64,000 bases of DNA from an uncultured Muribaculaceae bacterium (GCA_964571395.1 CAZNBA010000001.1:91-64090), one strand, 5' to 3'. Positions 8,554 through 18,698 are shown, numbered from the stretch's first letter. Program-made: numbers and translations. Notes: generated by a model not told the origin, from the sequence alone.

Positions 8554-9164
8554 ATCGTAATATTTAAAATGGTTTCTTTGAGTTTTTTAAGGAACTGTTT
8601 GGCATCTCTTATTCTTACTTCGGTTACAATGGAACAGCCGATATCGAAACGACTCTCCTGAGGGATTATGTTATACTCTTTAACTATGCGCATTACATTG
8701 TTCATATCGGGGTACTCAAAAGAGAGTTCATAACGCTCCTTAACTATTTTCTCTACTATTACAGCCTGTTCGAGTGCCTCTGCCGTAGCTGTTTTGTAGG
8801 CTTTTATAAGCCCGGGAATGCCGAGTTTCGTGCCTCCGAAATATCTTACCACAACTACCAATGTATCACTCAACTCATTGGAGAGCAACTGCCCGTATAT
8901 GGGCCTTCCGGCAGATGACGAGGGTTCGCCGTCATCGTTCATTCTCCAAATATCTCCTTTGATTCCTATTCTGTATGCATAACAGTGATGCGTGGCATCG
9001 AAATACTCTTTTTTGATCTTTGTAAGTTCTGATTTTACCTCCTCTTCAGATTTGACCGGGAGAGCAAAGGAAAGAAACTTACTGCCGCTATCTTTATAAA
9101 TACCGGTTGAAAGCGCGGAAATGCTTTTGTATGAGTCTGTAATGATTTGTTCCTCCTTATTCAT
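8538..9164 (-). CDS. yigZ: YigZ/IMPACT family protein (UPF0029)
   Basis: [15 protein letters not shown]...[21 protein letters not shown] is the IMPACT N-domain signature. The start is set at ATG 9164, since the track start 9203 is a TTG. The 3' end overlaps the pyrB start by 16 nt. Confidence 0.75.
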   Translation of the reverse strand: MNKEEQIITDSYKSISALSTGIYKDSGSKFLSFALPVKSEEEVKSELTKIKKEYFDATHHCYAYRIGIKGDIWRMNDDGEPSSSAGRPIYGQLLSNELSDTLVVVVRYFGGTKLGIPGLIKAYKTATAEALEQAVIVEKIVKERYELSFEYPDMNNVMRIVKEYNIIPQESRFDIGCSIVTEVRIRDAKQFLKKLKETILNITICQKA

Positions 9165-9192
9165 ACCGGATTGTAAATATACCGCTTTTTTA

Positions 9193-9200
9193 TAACTTTG
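9193..9200 (+). promoter_or_regulatory. -7 promoter box only 5 nt upstream of the LuxC-like ATG
   Basis: Exact TAACTTTG at 9193-9200; ATG at 9205. Confidence 0.4.
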
Positions 9201-9204
9201 CAAT

Positions 9205-10311
9205 ATGTTTGAGAGGCAATTTTTAAAAGATTTTTCTGCATGGGGTACGATTATGCTCCGGTGGCTTAATCATGCCGGTTGTGAGGGAGAATTTTCTGAT
9301 TTGGACAGGGTGGTGGAGGAAGTGTATGAGCAGAATGTATTTTTTACTCCTTATATGCAAAAATATGCGGTCAGAGCAATTGCCGAAAAATTTCTTGTTT
9401 ATAAAGAACTTGAAAAGTGGGGAGTAAAGTATCTCGACAGAGAGGCTTTATATAATATAAATGCGGAGCGAATGGCCGAGACATCGGTAATTGATAGGGG
9501 AGCTGTCCGTGCAGAGGTGGCTGATGGTATGGAAGAGCCGGCAGGGGCGGTGGGAATTATTGCGGCAGGTAATATTCCGCTTGTTGTTTTTCATGATTTT
9601 ATCTGTGCTGCAGCATGCGGTAAGAGAGTATATTTAAAACTTTCATCGAAAGATAACCTCCTTTTTCCTGCCTTGCTGAATAAACTTTTTGAAATAAATA
9701 AGGTTTGGAGAGAGAAAATACGTATTGTTGAACGTATTTTGCCTGAAAAAGTGGGGGTTCTTCTCTTTATGGGGTCTGATTCTACAGCGCAAAAAATAGT
9801 GGATGAGTTTCGAAATAAGCCTGTACTATTGAGAAAATCGCGTTTTAGCTTTGCTGTAATATCCGGTGAGGAGAGCGATGAGCAATTGTCGGGGCTTTGC
9901 AGTGATATATTTCTTTATTATGGGTTGGGATGTAGAAATGTAAGCACGTTGCTCATTCCGGAGAATTATAATTTGAGCTCTCTTACAAAAGTTCTGCTTG
10001 GAGCAGAGTCTTTTGTTGCAGATGAACGCTATCGGAATATCTATAAAAGGAATAGGGCTATGGCAATCATGGAGGGAGAAAAGTTTTTTGACGGTGGGTT
10101 TTTTCTCTATTGCCAGAGAGAACCTCTTAATCTTCCGCTTGGAATGATTAATGTTGTGAGATATGCCTCAAAAGCCGATATAAACGCCTTTGTTGAGGAA
10201 TACCGGTGTCGGATTCAGAAAAAATATTGTATCTTTGGAGAGGCGCAGAGGCCCGGAATTTCTGAGTATCCCGATAATGCCGATACGGTGGATTTTATTT
10301 TAACTCATTGA
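9205..10311 (+). CDS. LuxC-like acyl-CoA reductase family protein
   Basis: 368 aa. NVFFTPYMQKYAVRAIAEKFL...WGVKY, IIAAGNIPLVVFHD and YYGLGCRNVS resemble the LuxC (PF05893) pattern as found in Bacteroidota. The start is uncertain (9205, or the Met at 9253). Confidence 0.55.
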   Translation: MFERQFLKDFSAWGTIMLRWLNHAGCEGEFSDLDRVVEEVYEQNVFFTPYMQKYAVRAIAEKFLVYKELEKWGVKYLDREALYNINAERMAETSVIDRGAVRAEVADGMEEPAGAVGIIAAGNIPLVVFHDFICAAACGKRVYLKLSSKDNLLFPALLNKLFEINKVWREKIRIVERILPEKVGVLLFMGSDSTAQKIVDEFRNKPVLLRKSRFSFAVISGEESDEQLSGLCSDIFLYYGLGCRNVSTLLIPENYNLSSLTKVLLGAESFVADERYRNIYKRNRAMAIMEGEKFFDGGFFLYCQREPLNLPLGMINVVRYASKADINAFVEEYRCRIQKKYCIFGEAQRPGISEYPDNADTVDFILTH

Positions 10312-10357
10312 GTTATCCGAGCCGAAGTGCAAATTGCATTACATTAAAAATTAAAAT

Positions 10358-10849
10358 ATGATCTGTAAATATAAGGCGACTATCCCAGGAAGCAAGGTCT
10401 TCATGAGGGAATATGAGATAATAAGCGAGATATCTTTATACTCGCTCCATAGTTTCTTACTTAATGATCTTGATTTTTCACCGGATCAGATGGTGGCCTT
10501 CAGGGGCCTCAATAAGGAGGGGAGAGTGAGGGAATATGGGCTTTTTGATATGGGATGCGGCACAATGGACAGCGTGAGCATAGAGAGTACGTTAAAAAGG
10601 GGTGAGACAACGCTTGAGTATGTTTACGATCTTCATAAGAATCATATTATTACACTGACATTTATGGAGGAGGTGGAACTTGTTCCGAGGGTCTCTTATC
10701 CGCGTCTTGTTGCTGAAAAAGGAAGAAATCCGGAGCAGTTTGCAGATAAATATGAGGATCTCAACCAGATGATGGAGCCTGTTGATGACGGCGGGGATGA
10801 TTCCTCTTTTATGGAGGAGGAACTTCCGGAGGGAGAGGAGCAGTCATAA
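10358..10849 (+). CDS. Hypothetical protein, possibly an MM3350/pRiA4b-ORF3-like fold, with an acidic C-terminal tail
   Basis: 163 aa. The pattern YKATIPGSKVFMREYEIISEISLYSLHSFLLNDLDF...EYVYDL...ITLTFMEEV...YPRLVAEKGRNPEQ loosely matches that family. The tail is DDGGDDSSFMEEELPEGEE. Confidence 0.3.
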   Translation: MICKYKATIPGSKVFMREYEIISEISLYSLHSFLLNDLDFSPDQMVAFRGLNKEGRVREYGLFDMGCGTMDSVSIESTLKRGETTLEYVYDLHKNHIITLTFMEEVELVPRVSYPRLVAEKGRNPEQFADKYEDLNQMMEPVDDGGDDSSFMEEELPEGEEQS

Positions 10850-10868
10850 AAGATTGCGGCAACGGAAA

Positions 10869-11726
10869 ATGACTAAGGAGTTGATTATAGTTTTGGGGCC
10901 TACGGCAGTCGGTAAAACCGATTATGCCATCAATCTTGCGGCGCAAAATGGATCTCCCGTAATAAGTTGCGACTCAAGGCAGATATTCAGAGAATTGAAA
11001 ATAGGAACTGCACCGCCCTCTACAGAGCAGTTGGCAAAAGTTAAGCACTATTTCGTCTTTTCTCATTCGATTAAAGATTACTATACCGCCGGCAAATATG
11101 AAATTGAGGCACTTGCTCTCTTGAATGAACTTTTCAAGGAGCACGATACTTTAATTATGGCAGGGGGTTCAGGCCTTTATGTAGATGCCTTATGCAATGG
11201 CCTTGATGATTTTCCGCCTGCGGATATGGAGTTGAGGGCCTCTTTAATGGAACAATTGGAGAGAGAGGGCCCCGATTCAATGCGTATGCAGTTAAAGTAC
11301 CTCGACAGAGAGGCATATGATATAATAGATATTGCCAATCCGCGCCGTGTTCTGAGAGCTGTAGAGGTTACTATACAGACAGGAAAAAAATATTCGCAAT
11401 GGAGAAATAATCCCAAGAAGTTAAGACCCTTTACAATCTCCAAAAGATGTCTTGTGAGACCGCGTGAGGAGTTATACGATAGAATTAACAGAAGAGTAGA
11501 GATAATGATGGAAAATGGACTTGTGGAGGAGGTTAAAAGCCTTGTAAAATACAGAAACATGCCTGCTTTAAACACCGTTGGCTATAAGGAGATTTTCGAC
11601 TATCTCGATGGAAATATAGATTTGCCGCGGGCCGTTGAGTTGATTAAACGCAACACGCGCCGATATGCTAAAAAACAACTTACCTACTGGGGCAGAGATG
11701 ATGAAATCAATTACATCTCTTTGTAG
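10869..11726 (+). CDS. miaA: tRNA dimethylallyltransferase
   Basis: P-loop GPTAVGKT, SCDSRQIFRELKIGTA, and KRNTRRYAKKQLTYW near the C-terminus. The start is trimmed to ATG 10869, after the upstream gene's stop. Confidence 0.9.
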   Translation: MTKELIIVLGPTAVGKTDYAINLAAQNGSPVISCDSRQIFRELKIGTAPPSTEQLAKVKHYFVFSHSIKDYYTAGKYEIEALALLNELFKEHDTLIMAGGSGLYVDALCNGLDDFPPADMELRASLMEQLEREGPDSMRMQLKYLDREAYDIIDIANPRRVLRAVEVTIQTGKKYSQWRNNPKKLRPFTISKRCLVRPREELYDRINRRVEIMMENGLVEEVKSLVKYRNMPALNTVGYKEIFDYLDGNIDLPRAVELIKRNTRRYAKKQLTYWGRDDEINYISL

Positions 11727-11821
11727 TTTTTAGTGGTACTTTGTGTTTCTGGTAATACTTGACATTTCCAGCCTTTTTCATATTGTTCCGGTTATGGAAC
11801 TCTTTTAATTGTAATATTGCA

Positions 11822-14023
11822 TCAGTTTCCGAGTTCGGAAAGGAACTTAATTCTTATCAAGCGAACTTCATTCTCTTCGTAATCAGGACCCAAAGCCTTT
11901 AGCGCATCCTTTACGGAGTCGGTAAGTGCCTCCTCCTTAAAGTATTCATAAATATCACGAATTTTATCCTCGTCTATATTCTGTCTGATATAATAATCGA
12001 GGTTGATTTTTGTTCCGGAGGCAACTATTGTTTCAACTTCTGTAAGGAGTTGGTCCATATCCATATTCTTCTCCTCTGCAATATCCTCTAGAGGAGTTCT
12101 TCTGTCGATGTTTTGAATAATGAATACTTTGTTGAGCGATTTGTTTACCACCGATTTTACAATAAATTCTGTGGGTTTTATAATTTCGTTCTCTTCTACA
12201 TATTTGGCAATGAGTTGAATGAACTCTTTTCCGAATTTTTTTGCCTTACCCTCTCCAACACCTTGACAATTTTTTAGTTCATCTGTAGTGGTAGGGTACA
12301 TAATTGACATATCTTCGAGAGATGGATCGTTAAAAATCACAAACGGTGGAAGTTTCATTCTCTTTGAGAGAGAGTGCCTTACATCTTTCAGCATATTTAG
12401 CAGTAACTCGTCTCCTCCTCCTCCGTGATGTTTATCCGAGCCTATTGTGGCTATATCCTCTTCATCCTCAGTGTCTTTAAATTCGCGATCTTCTGTCAAT
12501 AATACTTCGTACGGTTTCTTAAAAAACTCTTCACCCTTTTGGGTAACATAAATAAGCCCATATTTTTCCACATCTTTATGGAGAAATTCCATTACGATAG
12601 ATTGTCTTATTATCGCCAGCCAAAATCTTTCGTCTTTGTTGGGAATAATGCCAAAAAATTCAGATTTATGGTGATTGTAGGATTTTATCAAAGAGTTTGA
12701 TACACCGCCCAGAATGTTTGCAAGATGATCTGCTTTAAAATGCTCTTTCATACTATGTATAAGCTCGATAATCGTTGCAATGAACTCTTTACCCTCGAAT
12801 TGCTTCTTTGGAAAGAGGCAATTATCGCAATTTCCACAATTATCATGTGTGTAAGTCTCTCCAAAATAGTTTAGAAGTAATTTTCTGCGGCACATATTGG
12901 ATTCGGCATATGCAACGGTATCGTTAAGCAGCTGCCTTCCTATCTCCTGTTCTGCGATTGGTTTGCTTTGCATGAATTTTTCCAACTTCTGAATATCTTT
13001 GTAGCTGTAAAAGGCTATGCATTGTCCCTCTCCCCCGTCTCTTCCTGCTCTGCCGGTCTCCTGATAGTAGCCCTCAAGGCTTTTCGGCATATTGTAATGA
13101 ATTACAAATCTTACATCAGGCTTATCGATACCCATTCCGAAGGCTATTGTTGCAACTATAACATCTACCTCCTCCATAAGAAACTTGTCCTGATTTGTGG
13201 CTCTTGTCACAGCATCAAGCCCGGCATGATATGGGAGTGATTTAATGCCGTTTACATTCAGCAACTCCGATAACTCTTCAACTTTTTTTCTACTCAGGCA
13301 ATATATAATTCCCGATTTACCGCTATTGCTCTTTATGAATTTTATTATCTCCTTCTCTGTATTTACTTTTGGCCGTATTTCGTAATAGAGATTTTCTCTG
13401 TTAAAGGAGGATTTGAAAACTCTTGCATCCGTCATCCCGAGATTTTTCTGTATATCTGACTGAACCTTAGGGGTTGCAGTAGCTGTAAGCGCAATAATCG
13501 GAGCCTCTCCTATCTCCTTTACAATAGGTTGTATCCTTCTGTATTCCGGTCTGAAATCGTGTCCCCATTCCGATATGCAGTGGGCCTCATCTACGGCATA
13601 GAATGAGATGTGTATTTGCTTCAAAAAGGCTATATTATCCTCTTTTGTCAGAGATTCCGGTGCTACATATAGCAGTTTTGTTGTGCCGGACAGCAAATCT
13701 TCCTTTACTTCCTGAACTTGAGCCTTGTTGAGTGATGAGTTGAGGAAGTGGGCGATACCATCTCTATTGGCAACAAAACCTCGTATGGCATCAACCTGAT
13801 TCTTCATAAGAGCAATAAGAGGTGAGATTACAATTGCGGTCCCAGGCATAATTAGTGCCGGAAGTTGGTAGCACAACGATTTGCCACCACCTGTAGGCAT
13901 TAGGACGAATGTATTATTTCCCTCGATGAGGTGTTTTATTATCTCTTCCTGTTCATCCTTGAAAGAATCGAACCCAAAAAATTCCTTAAGTTTACCATGT
14001 AAAACTTTAGATGATACTTTCAT
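11822..14023 (-). CDS. recQ: ATP-dependent DNA helicase RecQ
   Basis: 733 aa. PTGGGKSLCYQLPA, DEAHCISEWGHDFRPEY, zinc cluster CRRK...CGNCDNC and an HRDC-like C-terminal region. Confidence 0.95.
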   Translation of the reverse strand: MKVSSKVLHGKLKEFFGFDSFKDEQEEIIKHLIEGNNTFVLMPTGGGKSLCYQLPALIMPGTAIVISPLIALMKNQVDAIRGFVANRDGIAHFLNSSLNKAQVQEVKEDLLSGTTKLLYVAPESLTKEDNIAFLKQIHISFYAVDEAHCISEWGHDFRPEYRRIQPIVKEIGEAPIIALTATATPKVQSDIQKNLGMTDARVFKSSFNRENLYYEIRPKVNTEKEIIKFIKSNSGKSGIIYCLSRKKVEELSELLNVNGIKSLPYHAGLDAVTRATNQDKFLMEEVDVIVATIAFGMGIDKPDVRFVIHYNMPKSLEGYYQETGRAGRDGGEGQCIAFYSYKDIQKLEKFMQSKPIAEQEIGRQLLNDTVAYAESNMCRRKLLLNYFGETYTHDNCGNCDNCLFPKKQFEGKEFIATIIELIHSMKEHFKADHLANILGGVSNSLIKSYNHHKSEFFGIIPNKDERFWLAIIRQSIVMEFLHKDVEKYGLIYVTQKGEEFFKKPYEVLLTEDREFKDTEDEEDIATIGSDKHHGGGGDELLLNMLKDVRHSLSKRMKLPPFVIFNDPSLEDMSIMYPTTTDELKNCQGVGEGKAKKFGKEFIQLIAKYVEENEIIKPTEFIVKSVVNKSLNKVFIIQNIDRRTPLEDIAEEKNMDMDQLLTEVETIVASGTKINLDYYIRQNIDEDKIRDIYEYFKEEALTDSVKDALKALGPDYEENEVRLIRIKFLSELGN

Positions 14024-14213
14024 AATTAATTAAAAATAATAAGGTAAAGTTCGTAAAATTCGTTACCTTTGTGACCCTAAGTTACAAAATTGTTTATAGT
14101 TTGCAAATTTTTTATGAAAACTAGCGTGATTTTATTAATGTCGTGATTTATAAAAGTACTGATTATGAATCGATTATAATAAAGACTATAAACAGATTGA
14201 AAATAAACAGAGC

Positions 14214-15185
14214 ATGACAATTTCAAAAGATGCAATACGTGATTTGGCTGAGAGCGTAATAGAAAAGGAGGCTCTGGCAGTGCGTAAATTAAAACCTTTT
14301 GTGGATTCACAATTTTTAGAGGTTCTAAATATAATTTTCGGTTCAAAGGGGCGTTTGATAATTACAGGCATAGGCAAAAGTGCTATTATAGGTAATAAGA
14401 TTGTGGCTACCATGAACTCTACCGGTACTCCTGCAATATTTATGCATGCTGCGGATGCAATTCACGGAGATCTTGGTATAATTCAACCCGATGATGTTGT
14501 GATGTGTATCTCAAAGAGCGGAAATACACCGGAGATAAAAGTGCTCGTCCCGCTGATCAAAAGGATGGGTAACAAACTTATCGGAATGGTTTCGAGTATC
14601 GATTCCTATCTTGGACAGCAATCAGATTATCTCATAAAAACAACTGTGGATGCAGAGGCTTGCCCCAATAATCTGGCTCCTACATCGAGTACAACTACTC
14701 AACTCGTCATGGGCGATGCAATGGCTGTATGCCTTCTAAAAATGAGAGGCTTTTCTCAGGAGGATTTCGCAAGATATCATCCCGGTGGTTCTCTCGGAAA
14801 GAGACTTTATTTGAGAGTTAATGATCTTATAGATAGAGAGGTAAGACCTTGTGTAAGGGAGAATGAAAATGTCCAGAATGCAATAATAAATATCTCCCAA
14901 AACAGACTTGGCGCCACAGCAGTATTGGATGAAAATGAGAAACTTATCGGCATAATCACTGATGGTGATGTACGTAGGATGGTGGAGAAGGGTACGCCTA
15001 TTACTGCTTTGCAGGCGGGAGATATTATGTCGCTTCATCCGAAAACTATTGAATCGAGCGAACTTGCAGTAAATGCATTCAATATTATGCAAAAAAATAA
15101 AATTACCTCTGTAGTTGTCATGGAAGAGGGGAAATATATCGGTCTCATTCATATTCACGATATTCTGCGAGAAGGCATAGTATGA
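14214..15185 (+). CDS. kdsD: KpsF/GutQ-type arabinose-5-phosphate isomerase (SIS domain plus tandem CBS)
   Basis: ITGIGKSAIIGNKI, CISKSGNTPE, then two CBS-like repeats. Confidence 0.85.
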   Translation: MTISKDAIRDLAESVIEKEALAVRKLKPFVDSQFLEVLNIIFGSKGRLIITGIGKSAIIGNKIVATMNSTGTPAIFMHAADAIHGDLGIIQPDDVVMCISKSGNTPEIKVLVPLIKRMGNKLIGMVSSIDSYLGQQSDYLIKTTVDAEACPNNLAPTSSTTTQLVMGDAMAVCLLKMRGFSQEDFARYHPGGSLGKRLYLRVNDLIDREVRPCVRENENVQNAIINISQNRLGATAVLDENEKLIGIITDGDVRRMVEKGTPITALQAGDIMSLHPKTIESSELAVNAFNIMQKNKITSVVVMEEGKYIGLIHIHDILREGIV

Positions 15186-15242
15186 ATTTTATTGAGTAAA
15201 CAGCAGAGAAAATTAACAGCAAAAATTTTGATTAAGATTAAA

Positions 15243-16268
15243 ATGGAGAATTTTGACCCTAACGGAGTTGGCATTGCCAACGGTAATTATTTCGGATTGC
15301 CTTGTTCGCTTGAGGAGAGTAAGGTGGCTCTTATCAGTGTACCGTGGGATGTTACGGTCTCTTACGGAGAGGGAACCTCGCGCGGGCCTGAATCCATAAT
15401 GGATGTTTCCGTCATGTTTGATCTTTTTGATTCCTCTGTTAATCGTGCTTGGGAATATAATATTGGTACAGTCCCTGAAAACGGCTGTCTCATTGAACTT
15501 AATGATAAGACACGAACTCTTTCTAAATCTATAATCGACAGATTGGCCACAGGAGCTTCGGAGGAGGAGTTGTCGGAGGAGATAGCCAAGGTGAACAGTG
15601 CTTGTGAGAGAATGAATGAGTATGTTTTTGATCAGTCATGCAAATTGTTAAAGACCGGTAAGATTCCGGGTGTGGTAGGGGGTGAACACAGTGTTCCTTT
15701 TGGACAGATAAAGGCAGTTGCCGGACATTACGGGAATATCGGGGTGCTGCATATTGATGCTCATGCTGATTTGAGAAGGGCCTATGAGGGGTTTCGTTAT
15801 TCACATGCCTCAATTATGTATAATGTATTAAAGGAGATACCTAATGTTACTAAACTTTGTCAGGTGGCGATTCGCGATTTTTGTGCCGATGAGCAGGAAA
15901 TAATCGTGAGCGATTCAAGAGTGAGATCATTTACTGATCATGAGTTGAGGAGTGCCGAATTTGACGGTGTTGCATGGAGTAATATGTGCGATTCCATTAT
16001 TGCGGAGTTACCCGATAATGTCTATGTCAGTTTTGATATTGACGGCCTTTCTCCGGATCTTTGTCCTAATACCGGTACGCCGGTGCCTGGGGGGCTTACA
16101 TTTAACAAGGCTGACCATTTGCTTGTGAAGTTGATGAATTCCGGTAAAAAAATAGTTGGATTCGATCTTGTTGAGGTTGCTCCAGGAGAGAGTAGTGATT
16201 GGGATGCCAATGTTGGGGCTAAATTATTGTACAAGATATGTTTGTATGCAGCAAGAACCTGCAACTGA
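15243..16268 (+). CDS. Ureohydrolase (arginase/agmatinase/formimidoylglutamase family), substrate unassigned
   Basis: Mn-ligand motifs GGEHSV, HIDAHADLR and SFDIDGLSP. The start is trimmed from TTG 15192 to ATG 15243. Confidence 0.7.
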   Translation: MENFDPNGVGIANGNYFGLPCSLEESKVALISVPWDVTVSYGEGTSRGPESIMDVSVMFDLFDSSVNRAWEYNIGTVPENGCLIELNDKTRTLSKSIIDRLATGASEEELSEEIAKVNSACERMNEYVFDQSCKLLKTGKIPGVVGGEHSVPFGQIKAVAGHYGNIGVLHIDAHADLRRAYEGFRYSHASIMYNVLKEIPNVTKLCQVAIRDFCADEQEIIVSDSRVRSFTDHELRSAEFDGVAWSNMCDSIIAELPDNVYVSFDIDGLSPDLCPNTGTPVPGGLTFNKADHLLVKLMNSGKKIVGFDLVEVAPGESSDWDANVGAKLLYKICLYAARTCN

Positions 16269-16305
16269 CATTAAATATATTAACTTTAATACCATTTTTT
16301 AGACG

Positions 16306-17640
16306 ATGACGGGAATATCAAAAAACAGACTAAGCTTACAAAGAGAATTTCGTGATTTTTTTAATACATTCATAATGAATGAGGCGTTTGGAGGTGTGCT
16401 GCTTTTGATATGTGCCATTGCTTCTTTGATTTTTGCCAATTATTCCTATTTTTCAAATATTCATTCAGTTTGGGATATTGACGCCGGTATTCATGTAGGG
16501 AATTTTTCCCTCAATATGACACTTCAAGCCTGGATAAATGATGCTCTCATGGCGGTTTTTTTCTTTGTAGTAGGGTTGGAAATTAAGAGAGAGATTCTTG
16601 TTGGTGAACTTTCCTCCTTTAAGCATGCCATTCTACCCATATTTGCAGCGCTCGGAGGTATGATTGTTCCTGCATGTATTTATGCTTCATTTAACTCCGC
16701 TACACCTGAATCAGCAAACGGTTGGGGTATCCCGATGGCAACCGATATAGCCTTTGCATTAGGCATTTTATCGATTATCGGTAAGAGGGTACCACTCGGT
16801 TTGAAGGTTTTTCTTACGGCTTTGGCCATTGTAGATGATCTCGGGGCGATAATAGTGCTTGCAGTATTTTACCCGACTCATGCTCTTCATGCAGATATGC
16901 TGCTTTATGCCGGTGGCGTTGTTTTGATCTTGCTTGTTCTAAACAGGTATAGAGTGAGCAATGTCCTATTGTATATTATTCTCGGGGTGGTTTTATGGTA
17001 TCTTGTGTATATGTCGGGAATTCATGCCACAATCGCAGGAGTTATTCTGGCAATGACCATACCATCAAAGACAGCTATAAACGAGGTGAGATTCTATGTG
17101 AGAGTGAAGCATTTACTCAATAAGTTTAAAAGGGTTAGCCGTAGTGAGTTGGAGGTGTTGGCAAATCCGGAGCAACAGGAAATAATCAGCATGATGCACA
17201 GAAAAGTTTCAAAGATCAATCCGTTGATGCACCGTTTCGAGTCTGCACTCCATCCGTGGGTTACTTATATGATAATGCCGCTTTTTGCACTTGCCAATGC
17301 AGGTGTTGTTTTTGATTCGGGGATCTCACTTTGGCCTCCTCAACCTGTAATGGAGGGAATATTCTTTGGTCTGTTGCTTGGCAAACCCTTAGGCATATTC
17401 CTATTCAGTTGGCTTTCTGTGAAATTAAAATTTGCGGAATTGCCGTCCAAAACAAATTGGAGTCAGGTTTTTGCGTTGGGTATCGTAGCTGGAATAGGTT
17501 TTACGATGTCGATATTCATAGATGGCATGGCCTTTGATAATGAATCTATTACAAATTTAGGTAAGGCTACTATTCTTGGGACATCATTTGTGGCGGCAGT
17601 ATTTGGATTATTTGCAATATTGTTGACTTCAAAAAAATAA
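16306..17640 (+). CDS. nhaA: Na+/H+ antiporter NhaA
   Basis: 444-aa polytopic protein with FFFVVGLEIKRE, MATDIAFALG and LAIVDDLGAI motifs. Confidence 0.9.
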   Translation: MTGISKNRLSLQREFRDFFNTFIMNEAFGGVLLLICAIASLIFANYSYFSNIHSVWDIDAGIHVGNFSLNMTLQAWINDALMAVFFFVVGLEIKREILVGELSSFKHAILPIFAALGGMIVPACIYASFNSATPESANGWGIPMATDIAFALGILSIIGKRVPLGLKVFLTALAIVDDLGAIIVLAVFYPTHALHADMLLYAGGVVLILLVLNRYRVSNVLLYIILGVVLWYLVYMSGIHATIAGVILAMTIPSKTAINEVRFYVRVKHLLNKFKRVSRSELEVLANPEQQEIISMMHRKVSKINPLMHRFESALHPWVTYMIMPLFALANAGVVFDSGISLWPPQPVMEGIFFGLLLGKPLGIFLFSWLSVKLKFAELPSKTNWSQVFALGIVAGIGFTMSIFIDGMAFDNESITNLGKATILGTSFVAAVFGLFAILLTSKK

Positions 17641-17838
17641 TATTGGAAATAAAGTCTTATATTCGCACCGCAATTATTATAAGATTTTTTAGCGGCTAAA
17701 GGATGAAAATAAACATGAGCAGATGTTAACTATTGTAGAGAGAGTGTCTATTATGAATGAGTTATTTTGCTTATGAAGGTTGATGAAAAAGTAGATTGAG
17801 AAAAGTTTTTGGAAACATTTAAAATTAATTATAAACAC

Positions 17839-18570
17839 ATGAAATTATTTAAAACATTGGCAATTTGTGCTTTAGGTGCAGCGGTTGTTGTATCTTGCGG
17901 CAAAAAACAGGCAACTCTTCCCGGTATTACTCAAGTTGAGGTTGATTCTGTAAGTTATGCAATAGGTCTCTCTTTTGGAGGTATGTTAAAATCTTCCAAT
18001 CTTGAGTCTATTAATTTTTCACAGGTTAATAAGGGCATGCAGGACTTCCTCAGTGGTAAGAAACTTAAAATTGATGAGAATAAAGCTGGTCAGATTATCC
18101 AAGCCTATATAATAAAGGCTCAGGAGGCTACTTCAAAGATTAAGGAGCAGGAGGAGAAAGAGTGGTTCAAAAAGAACAAAGAGAATGCCGGCGTACAACA
18201 GACAGATGATGGTTTGCAGTATAAAATAGTAAAACCGGGTAATGATGTTAAACCAGCTCTTACAGATACAGTAGAGGTAAACTATGAGGGTAAACTATTA
18301 GACGGAACAGTTTTCGATTCTTCTTATAAGAATGGGAAATCTGTTAAATTCCCTCTTAACGGAGTAATCAGAGGATGGTCTGAGGGTCTTCAGTTTATTG
18401 GTGAAGGTGGTGAGATGACAATGTGGATTCCGTTTCAGTTGGGTTATGGCCCAAGACAAATGGGGCCTAATCTCCCTGGTTATTCTACATTGATCTTTAA
18501 AGTAGAACTTATTAAGGTATATAAGGATATGACTTCTGCTCCTGCAGAAGCTCCTGTACCTGTTAAATAA
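17839..18570 (+). CDS. FKBP-type peptidyl-prolyl cis-trans isomerase, lipoprotein
   Basis: Lipobox ...VVVSCGKK and C-terminal FKBP domain VNYEGKLLDGTVFDSS...GVIRGWSEGL...IPFQLGYG...LIFKVELI. The start is trimmed to ATG 17839. Confidence 0.85.
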   Translation: MKLFKTLAICALGAAVVVSCGKKQATLPGITQVEVDSVSYAIGLSFGGMLKSSNLESINFSQVNKGMQDFLSGKKLKIDENKAGQIIQAYIIKAQEATSKIKEQEEKEWFKKNKENAGVQQTDDGLQYKIVKPGNDVKPALTDTVEVNYEGKLLDGTVFDSSYKNGKSVKFPLNGVIRGWSEGLQFIGEGGEMTMWIPFQLGYGPRQMGPNLPGYSTLIFKVELIKVYKDMTSAPAEAPVPVK

Positions 18571-18593
18571 TACTCTTTATATTTAGGAATTGT

Positions 18594-18629
18594 GATGGGG
18601 TGACCAAAAAGTCATCCCATCTTTTTTTC
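18594..18629 (+). terminator. Intrinsic terminator after the FKBP gene
   Basis: GATGGGGTGAC (18594-18604) pairs with GTCATCCCATC (18611-18621) with one G-U pair and loop CAAAAA, followed by T8. Confidence 0.7.
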
Positions 18630-18648
18630 CAAATCATACACTTTTTAC

Positions 18649-18656
18649 TATTTTTG
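18649..18656 (+). promoter_or_regulatory. -7 promoter box for the 18.7-28 kb gene array
   Basis: Exact TATTTTTG, 43 nt upstream of ATG 18699 and directly after the terminator. Confidence 0.45.
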
Positions 18657-18698
18657 CAAGATAATAGGAGCCTGTTATATTTGAACTTCCTTTAATAA

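Noticed and set aside
10782-10868. N-terminal extension of the miaA ORF that overlaps the preceding gene.
   Set aside because: The extension is Arg-rich with no homology pattern. The P-loop N-terminus MTKELIIVLGPTAVGKT begins at ATG 10869, right after the upstream stop.
14077-14413. Two minus-strand ORFs (89 and 75 aa) in and around the recQ-kdsD divergent region.
   Set aside because: They overlap the kdsD N-terminus and the promoter region, the sequence is low-complexity, and no motif is present.
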